64,000 bases of DNA, from NCBI RefSeq assembly GCF_963921235.1, contig NC_086100.1, forward strand, positions 199,022,001 to 199,086,000. Reading direction: 5' to 3'. This document shows, piece after piece, positions 62,749 to 64,000 of this stretch. The translations under genes were made by a program, and so were the position numbers. Each line of letters begins with the position of its first letter. Within the stretch, counting starts at the first letter, position 1. The notes below the pieces were generated by a model. It ran no database searches, had not been told where the DNA came from, and saw only the letters and a list, made by a program, of their open reading frames with translations. Source of the DNA: Mobula hypostoma. Lineage: Eukaryota.

Positions 62749-64000
62749 GATAAACAATAAATACCAAGAACGAGTGAGTCCATAGGTTGTGACGGTGTGA
62801 GTGAAGTTATACTCACTGGTTCAAGAGCCCGATAGTTGAGAGTTAATAACAGTTCCTGAACCTGGTAGTGTCATCCTTGAGGTTCCTTTACCTTCTTCCT
62901 GATGGCAGCAGCAAGAAGAGAACATGTCCTGGGTGGTGGGGGTCTCCTTGTTCTGTTGATAATTATTTAGTCTGTTCATAAGTTCACATTTATTTAAGTT
63001 TAATTATTGACATTTGCACACGTGACCGTTCTGCTAATTGTTGTTTGCTCATGGCTCTTTGAACTATTGTCCTGTAAATAGTTGGTTGCTATTTTGTTGT
63101 CTGTTATGGTATTGTCCCGTGTTTTATGCTTGGCACAATCAATTCAGGTATGATTCATATATTGGCAATAAAGTGATTCTGATGATGGATGCTTCTTTCC
63201 TACAATAGCACTCCATGTAGATGTGCTCAATGGTGGGGAGGGCTTTACACATGACGGACTGGGCCATGTAGGATTTTCCGTTGAAGGGCATTGGTGTTTT
63301 CCATACCAAACATCAATTTGTTCCTTACTGTCAGGCCTAGGCCCTGCCACCTCAACTCTGCCCTCGCCTCAGATCTGTTGCTTCGAATTAGTTCCAAGTC
63401 CACTCCAGCGATGTGCAAACACTGGCTTGTTCCTTGCTCAGGGCCCCGGGCCCCACAGCCTCGATTTAGTCCATAGAGACCACACTGTAACCGTCCTACA
63501 CCTTCGTGACTTCAGTTTGCACTGCAAAAGTGCCAGGACACAGCAGTGGTTCAAAAGCTCAGCTTCAAAAGGGACGTTGCAGGCTATTGATTGCAGTGAT
63601 CTATGTCCAGAAAACATAAGTAAGTAGTTTTGTTTGCTGTCAGCAAAGCATTGCTGTGTTTCACCAGTGCCATCTTAAACTGGAGAGCCAGCTGCTCCCA
63701 ATAACTTAGGTCCTCTTGACTAGGAAGCATCCTGGGAAATCTCAATGTATTTCCCATAAAAGGATGACTCAAACTTTACCCAAATCTCCAAATGTGGCCT
63801 CACCAATGACTTGCGTAATTGCAAATAATGTCCCAACTCTTAAACTTCATGCCCTGATTGATGAAGCCCAATATACTAGACTGCTTTTTCACAAGACACT
63901 GCTCCTTCATCGAACTCCCAGGCCCTCTGTTCCACAACACTCATTTAGTGTACAAGTTCTGTGCTGGTTCGACTGACCAAAATGTGCCACCTCATACTAA

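Overview
Eukaryotic, repeat-dense vertebrate DNA, most likely from a cartilaginous fish (ray or shark). This is inferred from HE1-like V-SINEs together with abundant CR1, Rex1/Babar, RTE and Penelope retroelements. The left half (about 1.6-29.0 kb) looks like the 5' part of an unidentified minus-strand protein-coding gene. It has a CpG-rich promoter at about 28.7-29.05 kb and an acidic coding exon at 1619-1803, and three different upstream exons could each splice into that exon in frame. The right half is intergenic, nested transposon debris: CR1 nests, Rex1, a Penelope element with RT and GIY-YIG domains, two internally deleted Gypsy elements, a solo LTR, a BovB-like RTE and a 3'-truncated U1 snRNA copy. 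The most notable structures are Penelope-derived minimal hammerhead ribozyme motifs in the gene's sense orientation, several long intronic fold-back hairpins, a ~260-bp inverted duplication whose identity falls away from its centre, and a G-rich minisatellite next to the first splice donor. Nearly all ORF-track entries are transposon fragments or chance ORFs. Repeat boundaries were read by eye and are approximate unless a TSD or TIR is quoted.
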